Source: Bdellovibrionota bacterium (lineage in GTDB: Bacteria; Bdellovibrionota_C; UBA2361; OMII01). From it: a stretch of DNA of 37,402 nucleotides. The stretch lies in the NCBI GenBank assembly GCA_044347025.1, contig JBIIYC010000003.1:1-37402 (forward strand), written 5' to 3'. A model generated the notes under the pieces. It did no database searches, was not told the origin of the DNA, and saw only the letters and a program-made list of their open reading frames with translations. Position 1 is the stretch's first letter. Each line of letters begins with the position of its first letter. Positions 27,990 to 37,402 of the stretch are shown one piece after another. A program made the position numbers and the translations under genes.

Positions 27990-30260
27990 ATGCACCCCAT
28001 CGTCTCGCGCATTTGGCCCTTATATCGATTTCGAAGGGTCGCCTTTGATGCGAAGCGTATCGGCCAACCTACTGCCGGTGCGGAGAGTGTCGCTGGAAGT
28101 GTTCAGTACTGGTCGCTACAACCAACACGCCGAGTGGCGCTGCCTTGCGGTCCTATCGCGCTCTCGGTCAAGCTCTCTACAGGGATATTTCCCACAACGG
28201 CTCGTCTGCAATATCGAATAGCGGGAGAGTTCAGAGAGGGGCTCGATTTTTGGGTTATGCTGGATCAGCCGTGCATACGCCAGCGACTCATCCATCTCCC
28301 TAAGGGCATCGAGGAGCTTCGTCTAGCGGTGTACACAGACGATAGCGGTTTGACGATCCAAGACGTGCGGATGCGTGAGCTTGGAAAGCTCCATCGCGCT
28401 TTCAGTAAAGGCAAAGCGATGCTTGTCGCCATCATGCGCAATCCCAAAACGATAATCTCTCGCTTTGGCAAAGCCTGGGCGATGTACCGTCGGGGTGGAT
28501 TGCGCGCGATTAAGGAGCGCTTATTCCCGAGTGACCGCTATGCAGAGTGGGTGCGGGAGTATGATACGCTGACACAAGTCGACCGGGAAGCGATCCGTTC
28601 GGATATCGGACAACTGTCCTATAAGCCGAAAATCTCCGTTCTCCTGCCAGTATACAATCTCCCGGAGCGGTTTCTCCGGGCTGCGATTGAATCCGTCAGA
28701 AATCAGCTCTACACCAATTGGGAGCTGTGCATCGCCGATGACAACTCTCCGAGCCCGCATGTTAGAGCCGTCATCAAAGAATATGCCGCACTCGATACCC
28801 GAATTAAGTTCGTTTTTAGGGGTGAAAACGGTCATATAGCTGAGGCAACTAATTCCGCCGGCGCACTTGCAACGGGAGAGTTTATTGGTTTTCTCGACCA
28901 TGATGATGAGCTACGTGAACATGCGCTCTACATGATGGTCAAGGAGCTCAACGCATATCCTGAGGCGGACCTTATCTACAGCGATGAGGATAAGATTACT
29001 GAAGATGGTGTGCGGCACTATCCTCACTTCAAGTCCGATTGGAACCCGGAGTTGATGCTGACTCAGAATTTCGTGTGCCACTTTACGGTAGTCCGTGCCA
29101 CGGTTTTTCGCGCGGTAGGCGGAATTCGCAAGGGCTTTGATGGGGCACAGGATTGGGACTTCGTCCTGCGAGTATCAGAGCGTACGACTCGGGATCGCAT
29201 TCGACACATCCCTCACATCCTCTATCATTGGCGCGTAATTGAGGGCTCTACGGCGAAGGGAACGGCCGAAAAGCCCTACGTCACCGCCGCTCAGATGAAG
29301 GCCGTATCGGAGCACCTGGAGCGAACGGGTCATTCTGGCGCTCGGGTTGCATCGCTTCGTGGGCTCTCAATGCTTCGAGTTCACTACCGAGTTCCCGAGC
29401 CACCACCACTCGTGTCTCTCATCGTGCCCACCTATAACCAGGTTTCCCTTCTATCGACGTGCTTAGAGGGACTTCTGCATATTACATCGTATCCAAATCT
29501 GGAGGTTCTGGTCGTCGACAATCGTAGTGACGATCCAGAGACACTTTCGTATCTGAAGAAGATCGGGGGGGATCCGCGAGTGCGGGTGGTTCGTGACGAC
29601 GGTCCCTTTAATTTTGCGCGCTTGAACAACGATGCGGCTCGCCTGGCGAAGGGATCTATTCTCGGGTTCATAAACAACGACATTCAGGTCACGCGGGCGG
29701 ACTGGCTCGATGAGATGGTTGCAAACGTGGTGAGGCCAGGTATCGGAGCGGTCGGTGCCCGACTCTTATATTCGAACGGCACTTTGCAGCACGCGGGGGT
29801 AATTCTTGGCACCTCGGGCGGAGTCGCCGATCACATGCTCAAACACCGCTCAGCGCACGAAATTGGCTATTTCTGCCGAGCGATACTTCCTCAGAATCTA
29901 TCTGCCGTGACGGCAGCATGTATGCTCGTGACCAAAGAGGCGTTTGATCGGGTAGGGGGCTTTGATGAAGAGGCCTTTGCGGTGGCGTACAATGACATCG
30001 ACTTTTGTCTGCGGTTGCGTGAAGCGGGCTACCTGAACGTCTATACTCCGTATGCCGAGTTGGTTCATCACGAGTCTATTTCGCGTGGCTACGAGGACAC
30101 TCCGGAAAAACGGGCCCGCTTCGAGGGAGAGGTCGCCCGAATGAAGGCGCGTTGGGAAGCCGCCCTCAAAGCAGATCCCTACTATAACCCTAACTTCTCT
30201 ATGGACAGGGCAGATTTCCGACTCGGATTTCCGAGGAGGGTGGTCAATCCTTGGAAGTAG
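27990..30260 (+). CDS. Glycosyltransferase with two GT2 domains
   Basis: KISVLLPVYN...WELCIADDNS...FLDHDD...YSDEDK...GAQDWD, then VSLIVPTYN...VVDNRS...FINND...AVTAACM...YNDIDFCL. The listed start 27921 lies inside the MITE, so ATG 27990 is preferred. Confidence 0.92.
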   Translation: MHPIVSRIWPLYRFRRVAFDAKRIGQPTAGAESVAGSVQYWSLQPTRRVALPCGPIALSVKLSTGIFPTTARLQYRIAGEFREGLDFWVMLDQPCIRQRLIHLPKGIEELRLAVYTDDSGLTIQDVRMRELGKLHRAFSKGKAMLVAIMRNPKTIISRFGKAWAMYRRGGLRAIKERLFPSDRYAEWVREYDTLTQVDREAIRSDIGQLSYKPKISVLLPVYNLPERFLRAAIESVRNQLYTNWELCIADDNSPSPHVRAVIKEYAALDTRIKFVFRGENGHIAEATNSAGALATGEFIGFLDHDDELREHALYMMVKELNAYPEADLIYSDEDKITEDGVRHYPHFKSDWNPELMLTQNFVCHFTVVRATVFRAVGGIRKGFDGAQDWDFVLRVSERTTRDRIRHIPHILYHWRVIEGSTAKGTAEKPYVTAAQMKAVSEHLERTGHSGARVASLRGLSMLRVHYRVPEPPPLVSLIVPTYNQVSLLSTCLEGLLHITSYPNLEVLVVDNRSDDPETLSYLKKIGGDPRVRVVRDDGPFNFARLNNDAARLAKGSILGFINNDIQVTRADWLDEMVANVVRPGIGAVGARLLYSNGTLQHAGVILGTSGGVADHMLKHRSAHEIGYFCRAILPQNLSAVTAACMLVTKEAFDRVGGFDEEAFAVAYNDIDFCLRLREAGYLNVYTPYAELVHHESISRGYEDTPEKRARFEGEVARMKARWEAALKADPYYNPNFSMDRADFRLGFPRRVVNPWK

Positions 30261-30353
30261 TTGACGCATTCGGCTATGTGACCAAAACATGGCGAAAAAT
30301 GCTGAAGTTCCAGGGGGTTGTCATTTCTTGCGAACAGAGATACAACACTCCTT

Positions 30354-31148
30354 ATGTCTTTTTTCACCTTCGTCCGGGACTTCTTCCTATCGTTTGTTCA
30401 GTACCGGGATTACCTCGTACAGTCTGTTGCGCGCGACTTACGTAAGCGCTACCGGAGATCGGCCCTCGGATACCTATGGAGCATGCTGAATCCGCTCCTG
30501 ATGATGACCATTCTCTCGGTGGTGTTCTCTAACCTTATGCGCGCTTCCACCGCGAACTATCCGGTCTTTCTCTTTTGCGGAATGCTACCGTGGGCCTATT
30601 TTTCGGGCACATTGTCGGCGTCCCTACATGCGGTGAAGGGCAACATGCAGATCATCTCGCAGTTGCCGGTGCCTAAGTATATCTTCATCTTGTCGTTAGC
30701 CTTCTCGCAGCTTTTCAATTACGTTGTTTCGTTGGTGCCGCTGGTGGGGGTTATGTGGTTCCTCGGTGTCTCGATCACCCCCTACATGCTTCTGATGCCT
30801 CTGATTATACTGCCGCTTGTCGTCGCGACGTTGGGCGTATCGTTGATGTTTTCGGTATTCAACGTCTTTTTTGACGACACGGAGCACCTCATTGGAGTCT
30901 TTCTGCAGGGACTCTACTTCCTGTCTCCGGTTCTCTATAGTCGCGAGATTCTCCCAAAATCGGTGCAGCCCTTTGTGGATCTGAACCCTCTCTTCAAGAT
31001 CATTGAATATTCTCGGGACCTCATCCTGAACCAGCAGTTGCCGCCTGCCCTTGGATACCTAACGAGTTTGATCTATTGCTTTATGTTGCTCCTGATCGGG
31101 CTCTTTATCTTTAAGAAGGCGGATAACAAGTTTATTTACTACGTCTGA
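30354..31148 (+). CDS. wzm: ABC-2 polysaccharide exporter permease
   Basis: RDLRKRYRRSALGYLWSMLNPLL, six TM segments, LSPVLY, LNPL. ATG 30354 preferred over TTG 30318. Confidence 0.92.
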   Translation: MSFFTFVRDFFLSFVQYRDYLVQSVARDLRKRYRRSALGYLWSMLNPLLMMTILSVVFSNLMRASTANYPVFLFCGMLPWAYFSGTLSASLHAVKGNMQIISQLPVPKYIFILSLAFSQLFNYVVSLVPLVGVMWFLGVSITPYMLLMPLIILPLVVATLGVSLMFSVFNVFFDDTEHLIGVFLQGLYFLSPVLYSREILPKSVQPFVDLNPLFKIIEYSRDLILNQQLPPALGYLTSLIYCFMLLLIGLFIFKKADNKFIYYV

Positions 31149-31151
31149 GTT

Positions 31152-31904
31152 ATGGCCGTGATTGAGCTTGAAAACATTAGCGTGGAATATCGCCGCTATC
31201 ATGAGCGTCCGACATCACTCAAGGAATCGATCTTGCGTGCGGTCAAGACGGGACAGTTTCGGCACTACACGAAACTTTTTGCGCTTAAGAATGTCAGCCT
31301 TAAAGTCGAGCAGGGCGAGGTATTTGGGGTTATCGGCAGTAATGGGGCAGGCAAGAGCACGTTGTTGCGGGTTCTCGCCGGAGTGCTTCCCCCCACCGAA
31401 GGTACCCGTCGTATCGACGGCTCGATAGATAGCTTGATCAGTTTAGGGGCCGGATTCGATCCAGAGCTCAATGCGGTTGAAAACATACTGCTCTACGGAA
31501 GCCTACGTAGGCGAAAGTCGTCGGAGATAAAGAAGCACATCGGTCGCATTCTTGAGTTTGCCGAGCTAACCAAATTCGCTGATACGCCGATCAAATATTA
31601 TTCATCGGGAATGTCTGCGCGTCTTGGTTTTGCTGTCGCAGTCGATAGCGATCCTGATGTGCTCCTCGTTGATGAGGTGCTCGCCGTTGGTGATGAGCGA
31701 TTTCGTGCAAAATGCGACCAGGTTTTTGCGGACTTCCTCCATAAAGGGAAGACGGTCTTTATGGTAAGTCACGCCCTTGAAACCGTCAAAAAACTCTGCA
31801 ACAGGGTTGGCGTGCTCTCGCAGGGGCAGTTCATATTTACGGGCGACGCCGAACAGGCAGTGAAGTTGTATTTGAGTCCGGACTACGCTACGCGCTTGAG
31901 TTAG
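31152..31904 (+). CDS. wzt: ABC polysaccharide exporter ATP-binding subunit
   Basis: ALKNVS, Walker A GSNGAGKST, signature YSSGM, Walker B LLVDE, VSH; 250 aa. Confidence 0.94.
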   Translation: MAVIELENISVEYRRYHERPTSLKESILRAVKTGQFRHYTKLFALKNVSLKVEQGEVFGVIGSNGAGKSTLLRVLAGVLPPTEGTRRIDGSIDSLISLGAGFDPELNAVENILLYGSLRRRKSSEIKKHIGRILEFAELTKFADTPIKYYSSGMSARLGFAVAVDSDPDVLLVDEVLAVGDERFRAKCDQVFADFLHKGKTVFMVSHALETVKKLCNRVGVLSQGQFIFTGDAEQAVKLYLSPDYATRLS

Positions 31905-31987
31905 TGAGCGGCTGCGAACTGCGGTGACCCATTACTAGTGTCAGAGAGTTTGCTCCCTGATGGGCAAGCACTCTTTCGTGAGAGGCC

Positions 31988-32725
31988 ATGCGAACGTTCC
32001 TCACCAATTTATTGTATCCAAAGCCTCGGCATCCCCTGTGCCTGTATACGGCCCTTTTTGGGGATCGTGATGCTACCGTTGATGAACGCTGGGGGCAGTT
32101 CGGGATTCCTGTGGTATGTTTTACTGATCGGCCGGAGATTCACGTACCTGGGGTCGAGTTCGTAAGGGTACCCCGTCAGTATTCGGATCCAACTCGTTGT
32201 GCGAGATACTACAAAATTTGTGCCCACCACGTGCTCCCTCAATTCGAGGTATCTATGTGGTTTGACGCTGACATGGTACCGGGTGGAGAGTCGCCGGTTG
32301 AGGCCGTGCATCGATATCTAGCAAAAGATGACGTCGCGATCTTCCAACATCCTGAACGGAGCTGTCTTTATGAAGAGGCCCGGGTGTGTGTTGAACTTGA
32401 GCGCGACGATCCCGGAGTCATTGCGGCGCAGATCGTGAGGTATAGGCGTGAAGGAATTCCGGTCAATCAGGGGCTGTATGCTTCCGGAGTTTTGTTGCGC
32501 CGGCACGGTGCACGCCGTGTTCGTGCGTTTTCGAAACTCTGGTGGAAGGAAGTATCGAAGGGATCTCGGCGCGACCAAATCAGCCTGCCTGCTGTCATCT
32601 ATCGCCTGCGGATGCCGGTGAGGACGATCCAAGAGAACATCTTTCGCAATGCGCTCGTTGAAGTGATACCCCACTCCGGTAAGGAGCAGCAGAGCTGGAA
32701 GATCTCCGTTGAGAGCCTGAGATAA
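31988..32725 (+). CDS. DUF616-like (TOD1/MUCI70) glycosyltransferase-like protein
   Basis: LYTALFG..D, VCFTD, RYYK...H, SMWFDAD, HPERSCLYEEA, RDQISL. Confidence 0.8.
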   Translation: MRTFLTNLLYPKPRHPLCLYTALFGDRDATVDERWGQFGIPVVCFTDRPEIHVPGVEFVRVPRQYSDPTRCARYYKICAHHVLPQFEVSMWFDADMVPGGESPVEAVHRYLAKDDVAIFQHPERSCLYEEARVCVELERDDPGVIAAQIVRYRREGIPVNQGLYASGVLLRRHGARRVRAFSKLWWKEVSKGSRRDQISLPAVIYRLRMPVRTIQENIFRNALVEVIPHSGKEQQSWKISVESLR

Positions 32726-32735
32726 TTGGCCGCCT

Positions 32736-34127
32736 TTACAGATGTCCCTCAGAAACCGTAGCTCCCATCGCCTCTAAATTCTTGCGTGTGAGTGGGCTGA
32801 CCTTGCCGCGAACGACGATTGAGGCGGTTTGGAATCCTGCCTCCTTGAGGACGCGGGCTTTAAAGTCAGTGAAGATTCCGGCAGTGGTCTGAGTCCAGAA
32901 GAGATAGTCTGCTGGAATTGGCACATACAGGAGCTTGTCATTCGTCACAGCCGCGGGGAGGTGTAGCGAAGATACGATCTTCTTGAGTGGGTGAACGGAG
33001 TGAAGCCGCTCTAAAGAATCGGCAACGGATACGAAGTAGAGGCTGGATGGTTCATTTGACGCCTCATTCGCCGCCACAATAAAATCAGCGTGTCCGGGGA
33101 CCTTCGGGCCTATTGCGACGAGTGACGCGGTTATGAAACGACGAGTCCACGGAGAGTAGGCTTTGTTATCGAGAAACTTCTCGATGAGATCATCTGGCAC
33201 GCCGAGAGAAACGAGCCCCTGTTTGTTCTTCTTACGGATCTCATCGGGGTCTTCATACAGAGAGAGCTTCTCGGCTCTATCGTACCACCGATTGATAGTG
33301 CCGAGTTGTCCCAACACACCGAATCCGGGGACAAATTTGAAGGCCGTTCCCACTGCGGTTTCGATGCCAGCGACTCGAATAACTTCGTCTTTGAGTGTTT
33401 GGTTCGTTGTGTACGGATTGATCTGGAGCTTCTTACACCATGCGCGTTGGTTCTTGTTGTAGCCGAGGTACTCCAGCCCGAAATTAGCGCCCCCTTGAAG
33501 CGTGTCCGACACAGAAACCCCGCTTCCTGAGCTGTTTGCATCGTCGCTACTACCAGAGACTGCATCGCCCACCGCAACGACCGCCCCCTTCGTTTTTCGG
33601 TACGCCCATGAGAAGAGCTTCTCAGCGCCGTCCGGAATGCCGGCTACCGTATCAACTATTGCTCCTGGATCCGAAACGGTTTGCGCCGTCTTCTTAACGA
33701 TGTTCACAGGGGCCATTACGATCCCCTTTCCCGCCTTGAGCGCCGCGTCTTGAAAAACCTTGGTGCTCGATATCTTGTCGAGCTCGGCGAGGGCGGTCAT
33801 CTCACTGATGCGAACCTCAAGCATGGGCAGCCCTTCTACATCGAAGGCGCCGAACTTGGATTCGATGTGATAGTTGTTGAAGTATCCATCACTGGTTACC
33901 TTCTCCGCGACCTGGTGGTAGGGGCCCTTGAGAATCTCGGGTGCAAGGAGCTTTGAGGCCTCTAAGACCGGAGGTGTCTCGAATTGGCTCTGGCTCTTGG
34001 GCGCAGCAGCCGCCTGCATGGTGGCAAACACAAGAGGGGAGACCAGTAGTGCTGCTAGCCAACGACCCCGGTGGGCAAAAAGTGTGGGTGTAGTTCCGAG
34101 GTTCGGTGCAGTGCTGAGATTGCCCAT
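32736..34127 (-). CDS. Hypothetical exported protein
   Basis: Long ORF with signal-peptide-like RGRWLAALLVSPLVFATMQAAAA. ATG 34127 preferred over TTG 34184. No family recognised. Confidence 0.75.
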   Translation of the reverse strand: MGNLSTAPNLGTTPTLFAHRGRWLAALLVSPLVFATMQAAAAPKSQSQFETPPVLEASKLLAPEILKGPYHQVAEKVTSDGYFNNYHIESKFGAFDVEGLPMLEVRISEMTALAELDKISSTKVFQDAALKAGKGIVMAPVNIVKKTAQTVSDPGAIVDTVAGIPDGAEKLFSWAYRKTKGAVVAVGDAVSGSSDDANSSGSGVSVSDTLQGGANFGLEYLGYNKNQRAWCKKLQINPYTTNQTLKDEVIRVAGIETAVGTAFKFVPGFGVLGQLGTINRWYDRAEKLSLYEDPDEIRKKNKQGLVSLGVPDDLIEKFLDNKAYSPWTRRFITASLVAIGPKVPGHADFIVAANEASNEPSSLYFVSVADSLERLHSVHPLKKIVSSLHLPAAVTNDKLLYVPIPADYLFWTQTTAGIFTDFKARVLKEAGFQTASIVVRGKVSPLTRKNLEAMGATVSEGHL

Positions 34128-34190
34128 TGAGAAGCTCCCCAAAACGCTCGGGGTGGTGCGAACACCCCCCAACGAGGGCCCCAAGGGTTG

Positions 34191-35369
34191 TTAGTCAATT
34201 ACGAGGGCACCATCCCCTACGAGTTCTCCGAGGAGTTTGGCGGCCTTTGTGTCCGAGCAGAACTGTACGATCTCTTGAGCAGAGATCACAATCCTATCTG
34301 CAATCAGCTCGGCCAGTTTGGCGGCCTTTCCAGATACCTCCAAACGTCGCCCATTTGCGTAGAGCGTGAGGGTGCTTTGTGGCCCCCGAACGTAAGCAAA
34401 ACGTGCTCCCTCCGCCCGTATAATAGACTCTGCACGAGAGAGACTTGCCTTTAACTGAGTCGCTGTAGGAGCCTTCTTGGACCGTTGCAGTTCAACATCG
34501 CAATACGGTTCCGTTACGAATTGCCCAAGCCAATCAGCGATAAATGATTCCGAGAGCATCTGTTTCTCTACCGCAGCCTTGATTTTTTTGATGGCGTCCG
34601 GAGCGATCTCGCCCGGCATCTGGGCGCGGAGATCAGGGTCCGAGTATCGTTGGGTGTCATCTCCCTCAGCCATGGCTTTCGACACCAGCCCGTTCATAAT
34701 CTCTTGGACCGTTGGGGCTCGAAACCCAACCGAGATAGTCATGCACTTGTCTCCTTGCGCGATCCCGTGGTGGGGAAACCGGGGAGGGAGATAGAGTATA
34801 TCGCCGGGCTCGAGTACCCATCGATGGGTTGGTTTGAACTTCTTTAACAGCCGGATCGGAAGGTCAGGTACGAAATCATCCGTCAACACCGGCTTGTCTT
34901 CAATAAGCCACTCGCGTTTCCCGTGGGCCTGTACCAGGAATACATCGAAGTTGTCGACATGGGCGCCGACATTCCCCTTGTCGTATGCAACGCTAATCAT
35001 CACATCGTCGATCCGCCAGAATGGAATAAAGGAAAAGCTATCGATGAGGGTATTCACTTGGGGCACGAACCGGTCGACGCCGTTCACGAGGATCGTCCAA
35101 TGAGACTTGGGTAGTTTCGAGAACATAGACGGCTTGAACGGGCCGCGTTGTAACTCCCAAGGACGCTTTCCGCCTTTCTCCATAATCAGCCGAGACTCCA
35201 CGCGCTTGTCACAGCTCAAGCCGGCTACCTCATCAGGGGTGATGATGTCTGGGAATGGATACAGTGCTCGCTTCATGAGAAGCGGCTTCTTTTGCCAATA
35301 CTTGGAGAGGAACTCCTTCTGGGAGAGCTTGCCGAGAACAGGCCATGTGAGTTTGGGTTGTGCGCTCAT
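34191..35369 (-). CDS. roxA: JmjC/cupin 2OG-Fe(II) oxygenase, RoxA/YcfD (uL16 Arg hydroxylase) family
   Basis: FLSKYWQKKPLL, WRIDDVMIS, VGAHVDNFDVFLVQ..G.R.W (HxD), LEPGDILYLPP..PHHG, SVGFRAP. Confidence 0.9.
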   Translation of the reverse strand: MSAQPKLTWPVLGKLSQKEFLSKYWQKKPLLMKRALYPFPDIITPDEVAGLSCDKRVESRLIMEKGGKRPWELQRGPFKPSMFSKLPKSHWTILVNGVDRFVPQVNTLIDSFSFIPFWRIDDVMISVAYDKGNVGAHVDNFDVFLVQAHGKREWLIEDKPVLTDDFVPDLPIRLLKKFKPTHRWVLEPGDILYLPPRFPHHGIAQGDKCMTISVGFRAPTVQEIMNGLVSKAMAEGDDTQRYSDPDLRAQMPGEIAPDAIKKIKAAVEKQMLSESFIADWLGQFVTEPYCDVELQRSKKAPTATQLKASLSRAESIIRAEGARFAYVRGPQSTLTLYANGRRLEVSGKAAKLAELIADRIVISAQEIVQFCSDTKAAKLLGELVGDGALVID

Positions 35370-35457
35370 AAGGAACTTCCAGGATAATGCCGCTCTTGCG
35401 ACGCAGGTTCATGCAAGATGCGGGCAAAGTATTTTCTGCGTGCCCTGCCGGGCCAGC

Positions 35458-37251
35458 TTACAAGAGTGCTTTGTGTCGACTCAAGACCTCCGATGCATTA
35501 AGCATCCGATAGAAAACATTCCGCTTCGTGGCGAGCCCGGATCGCCAGCACTCCGCCAGGTAGCCCTTGTCCACTACATCCCAGAGCGGACTCGCTTCAT
35601 CGCCGAGTAATCGCTCCTCAATTATCTTCTCGTATTCCGGTGAAAACCACAGTTGCGAGGGTATCGGGAATCCCGCCTTCCGACGAGCTAGGATCCTGGG
35701 GTTCAGTCTCCCCTGGAAGGCTTTTTTAACTATCCACTTATCACTGTCTGATGTGTGATACCACTCTGGGTTGCAGCCGAGCGCTACATTCACAAAGCTT
35801 CGAACCGCATACGGCGCACGTGCCTCAAGAGAGTGATGCATGCTGGTTTGATCAAGTTGTCGGAACTCGTAGGTGCTACCTCGAGTCTGAAAATTGATGA
35901 GCTGAGTTAGTTTGCGAACATCCTGGGTTTGTGTGAGGTAAGGGTCTATCATGCTCTGGAGAGCATGTGCCACTGATCCGGTTGGATCTCCGCTCCTAAA
36001 CAACTTGGCCGCCTCTACCTCGTAGAGCCATGTACATGAGCGTGCGTAGCCACTGCCGAGCTCTTGCGCAAGAACGCCACGTGCTGACAATTGAGCTCCC
36101 TGCTCGTAACCGTCAAAGAGTTCATCAATTCCGCTACCCGACAGGAGCACCCTCACGTCACTAATCTGCGAGAGTAGAAAAAATAGCGCGACTGTATCGG
36201 CTGTCCCCAGTGGCTCATCGGCCACACCGCACCACTTCAACATCGATGAGCAGAAACTCTCTCGATCGAGGCGATATATCTGATGCCGAATATTGCTCTC
36301 AGCAGCCACGAGAGAGGAAAACTCAAACTCATCAAATGGGGCAGGATAGATCTCTCGTCCCGCAAGTTTCTCGAAGCCAATTGAATATGCAGTGGCCCGC
36401 GCGGGATCCGTGATCCCCGTCACGAGACTTGAAGAGTCGAGACCGCCGCTGAGCAGCAGCGCGTAGTTCATCTCTGCTGGAATGGTAGCTCGTGTGGCTG
36501 TGAGGGCTACTTCGTCCAGGTTCTGTGCATACGAATCAGCTGATGCAGCCGTCGCTGTAAGTGAGTAGGGAGTGGACGTCGTTGACCGGTCGAGATTTCG
36601 TACGTCGATGCAAACTGTTGCACCACCACGAACGCGTTTCACCTCTCTAATATGAGTAGCGTCCCCGATAGGAAAGCGAAGAAGGAGTGTCTGCGCTAAT
36701 GTATCGTAGCAAAAGCTCTTCTTAGAAGGAGTCTGGCGCAACAGTGACTCGATAGATGAAGAAAATGCGCATAGCCCCTCGGACTCCGTGTAGAACAATG
36801 GCTTCTGACCAGCGGCGTCTACTCCAAGAAAGCATCGTTGACTTCGGCCGTCGTAAAAGGCGTAACTAAACATGCCGTCTTGCTCTTGGAGTTTGTGGGG
36901 GCCCTCCAGAGTAAGGAGCGCTAACGCGACCTCAGAATCGCACTCCGTCTCAAATTGCCAGTCGTGAGACAACCTCTTTCGCAAGGCGCGGTAGTCGTAC
37001 AGTTCGCCGTTAAACACGAGGGCGGTCTGCCATCGGGGAGATGTTAACGGGCACACGGCTAAAGGGTTGTTCGTGTCGACAATCGCGAGTCGCGTAGCTC
37101 CGAATAGCACTTGCTCGTGTACCCGCAGCATCTTGGTCCCATCAGGCCCTCTACGCTGGAGCGCTGAGAGGATGCCACCCACGATCGCTACATCTTCCGC
37201 GCGGGTCTCATCGCTACTGCCCAGTCTTATGACGCCCGCGATGCCACACAT
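35458..37251 (-). CDS. asnB: Asparagine synthetase (glutamine-hydrolysing)-like amidotransferase
   Basis: MCGIAG, RGPD, RLAIVD, FNGELY, CDSE, GQKPLFY, LSGGLDSS, SGSGIDELFDGY, SLEARAP, RRKAGF. Confidence 0.88.
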   Translation of the reverse strand: MCGIAGVIRLGSSDETRAEDVAIVGGILSALQRRGPDGTKMLRVHEQVLFGATRLAIVDTNNPLAVCPLTSPRWQTALVFNGELYDYRALRKRLSHDWQFETECDSEVALALLTLEGPHKLQEQDGMFSYAFYDGRSQRCFLGVDAAGQKPLFYTESEGLCAFSSSIESLLRQTPSKKSFCYDTLAQTLLLRFPIGDATHIREVKRVRGGATVCIDVRNLDRSTTSTPYSLTATAASADSYAQNLDEVALTATRATIPAEMNYALLLSGGLDSSSLVTGITDPARATAYSIGFEKLAGREIYPAPFDEFEFSSLVAAESNIRHQIYRLDRESFCSSMLKWCGVADEPLGTADTVALFFLLSQISDVRVLLSGSGIDELFDGYEQGAQLSARGVLAQELGSGYARSCTWLYEVEAAKLFRSGDPTGSVAHALQSMIDPYLTQTQDVRKLTQLINFQTRGSTYEFRQLDQTSMHHSLEARAPYAVRSFVNVALGCNPEWYHTSDSDKWIVKKAFQGRLNPRILARRKAGFPIPSQLWFSPEYEKIIEERLLGDEASPLWDVVDKGYLAECWRSGLATKRNVFYRMLNASEVLSRHKALL

Positions 37252-37265
37252 CCCCGCACCTGATG

Positions 37266-37400
37266 CTATGCCGATGGAGCTGCGAAGCGAGCTGGAACCG
37301 GAACGTGGATGCCGCTGATCTTATTATCAAACAGCGGGTCGTACCACTTCTTGGCATATGTCGAGAACCACGAGTGTAGCGACGTAAAATAGTGGTGCTT
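37266..37400 (-). CDS. C-terminal fragment of an unidentified ORF running off the window
   Basis: Open frame KHHYFTSLHSWFSTYAKKWYDPLFDNKISGIHVPVPARFAAPSA*, stopping 14 nt before the asnB-like start. Confidence 0.5.
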   Translation of the reverse strand, partial: KHHYFTSLHSWFSTYAKKWYDPLFDNKISGIHVPVPARFAAPSA

Positions 37401-37402
37401 AT

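Noticed and set aside
35458-37251. Lasso peptide cyclase
   Set aside because: It retains a full Cys2 glutaminase domain, and no precursor, RRE or B-protein gene is visible in the window.

Overview
Bacterial chromosomal window. The first 8.5 kb is the 3' part of one giant ORF (over 2,800 aa, start outside the window), an almost pure T-P-T-x mucin-like repeat ending in a ~340-aa six-Cys domain. The middle holds housekeeping and motility genes: DUF1294-like, tonB, an orphan GHKL-type ATPase/kinase, typA, a split phosphotransferase + RapZ-C-terminal pair, an isolated fliG, rsgA, ung, a lytic transglycosylase, two tandem 287-aa flagellins, fbaB and cobB. A surface-glycan region follows: two GT-C-like membrane proteins bracketed by two inverted copies of a ~189-bp CTAG-bounded MITE-like element, then a double-GT2 enzyme, wzm/wzt and a DUF616-like protein. 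The window ends with an exported hypothetical protein, roxA/ycfD, an AsnB-like amidotransferase and a truncated ORF. The best novel candidate is the MITE-bracketed, possibly invertible or mobilisable glycosyltransferase cassette, which also carries the likely promoter of the downstream GT2 gene. Other notable signals are a 168-bp higher-order period in the giant repeat, sigma54 sites with a CsrA-like flagellin leader, and several apparently leaderless genes. All family calls come from motif recognition by eye; no database searches were run.
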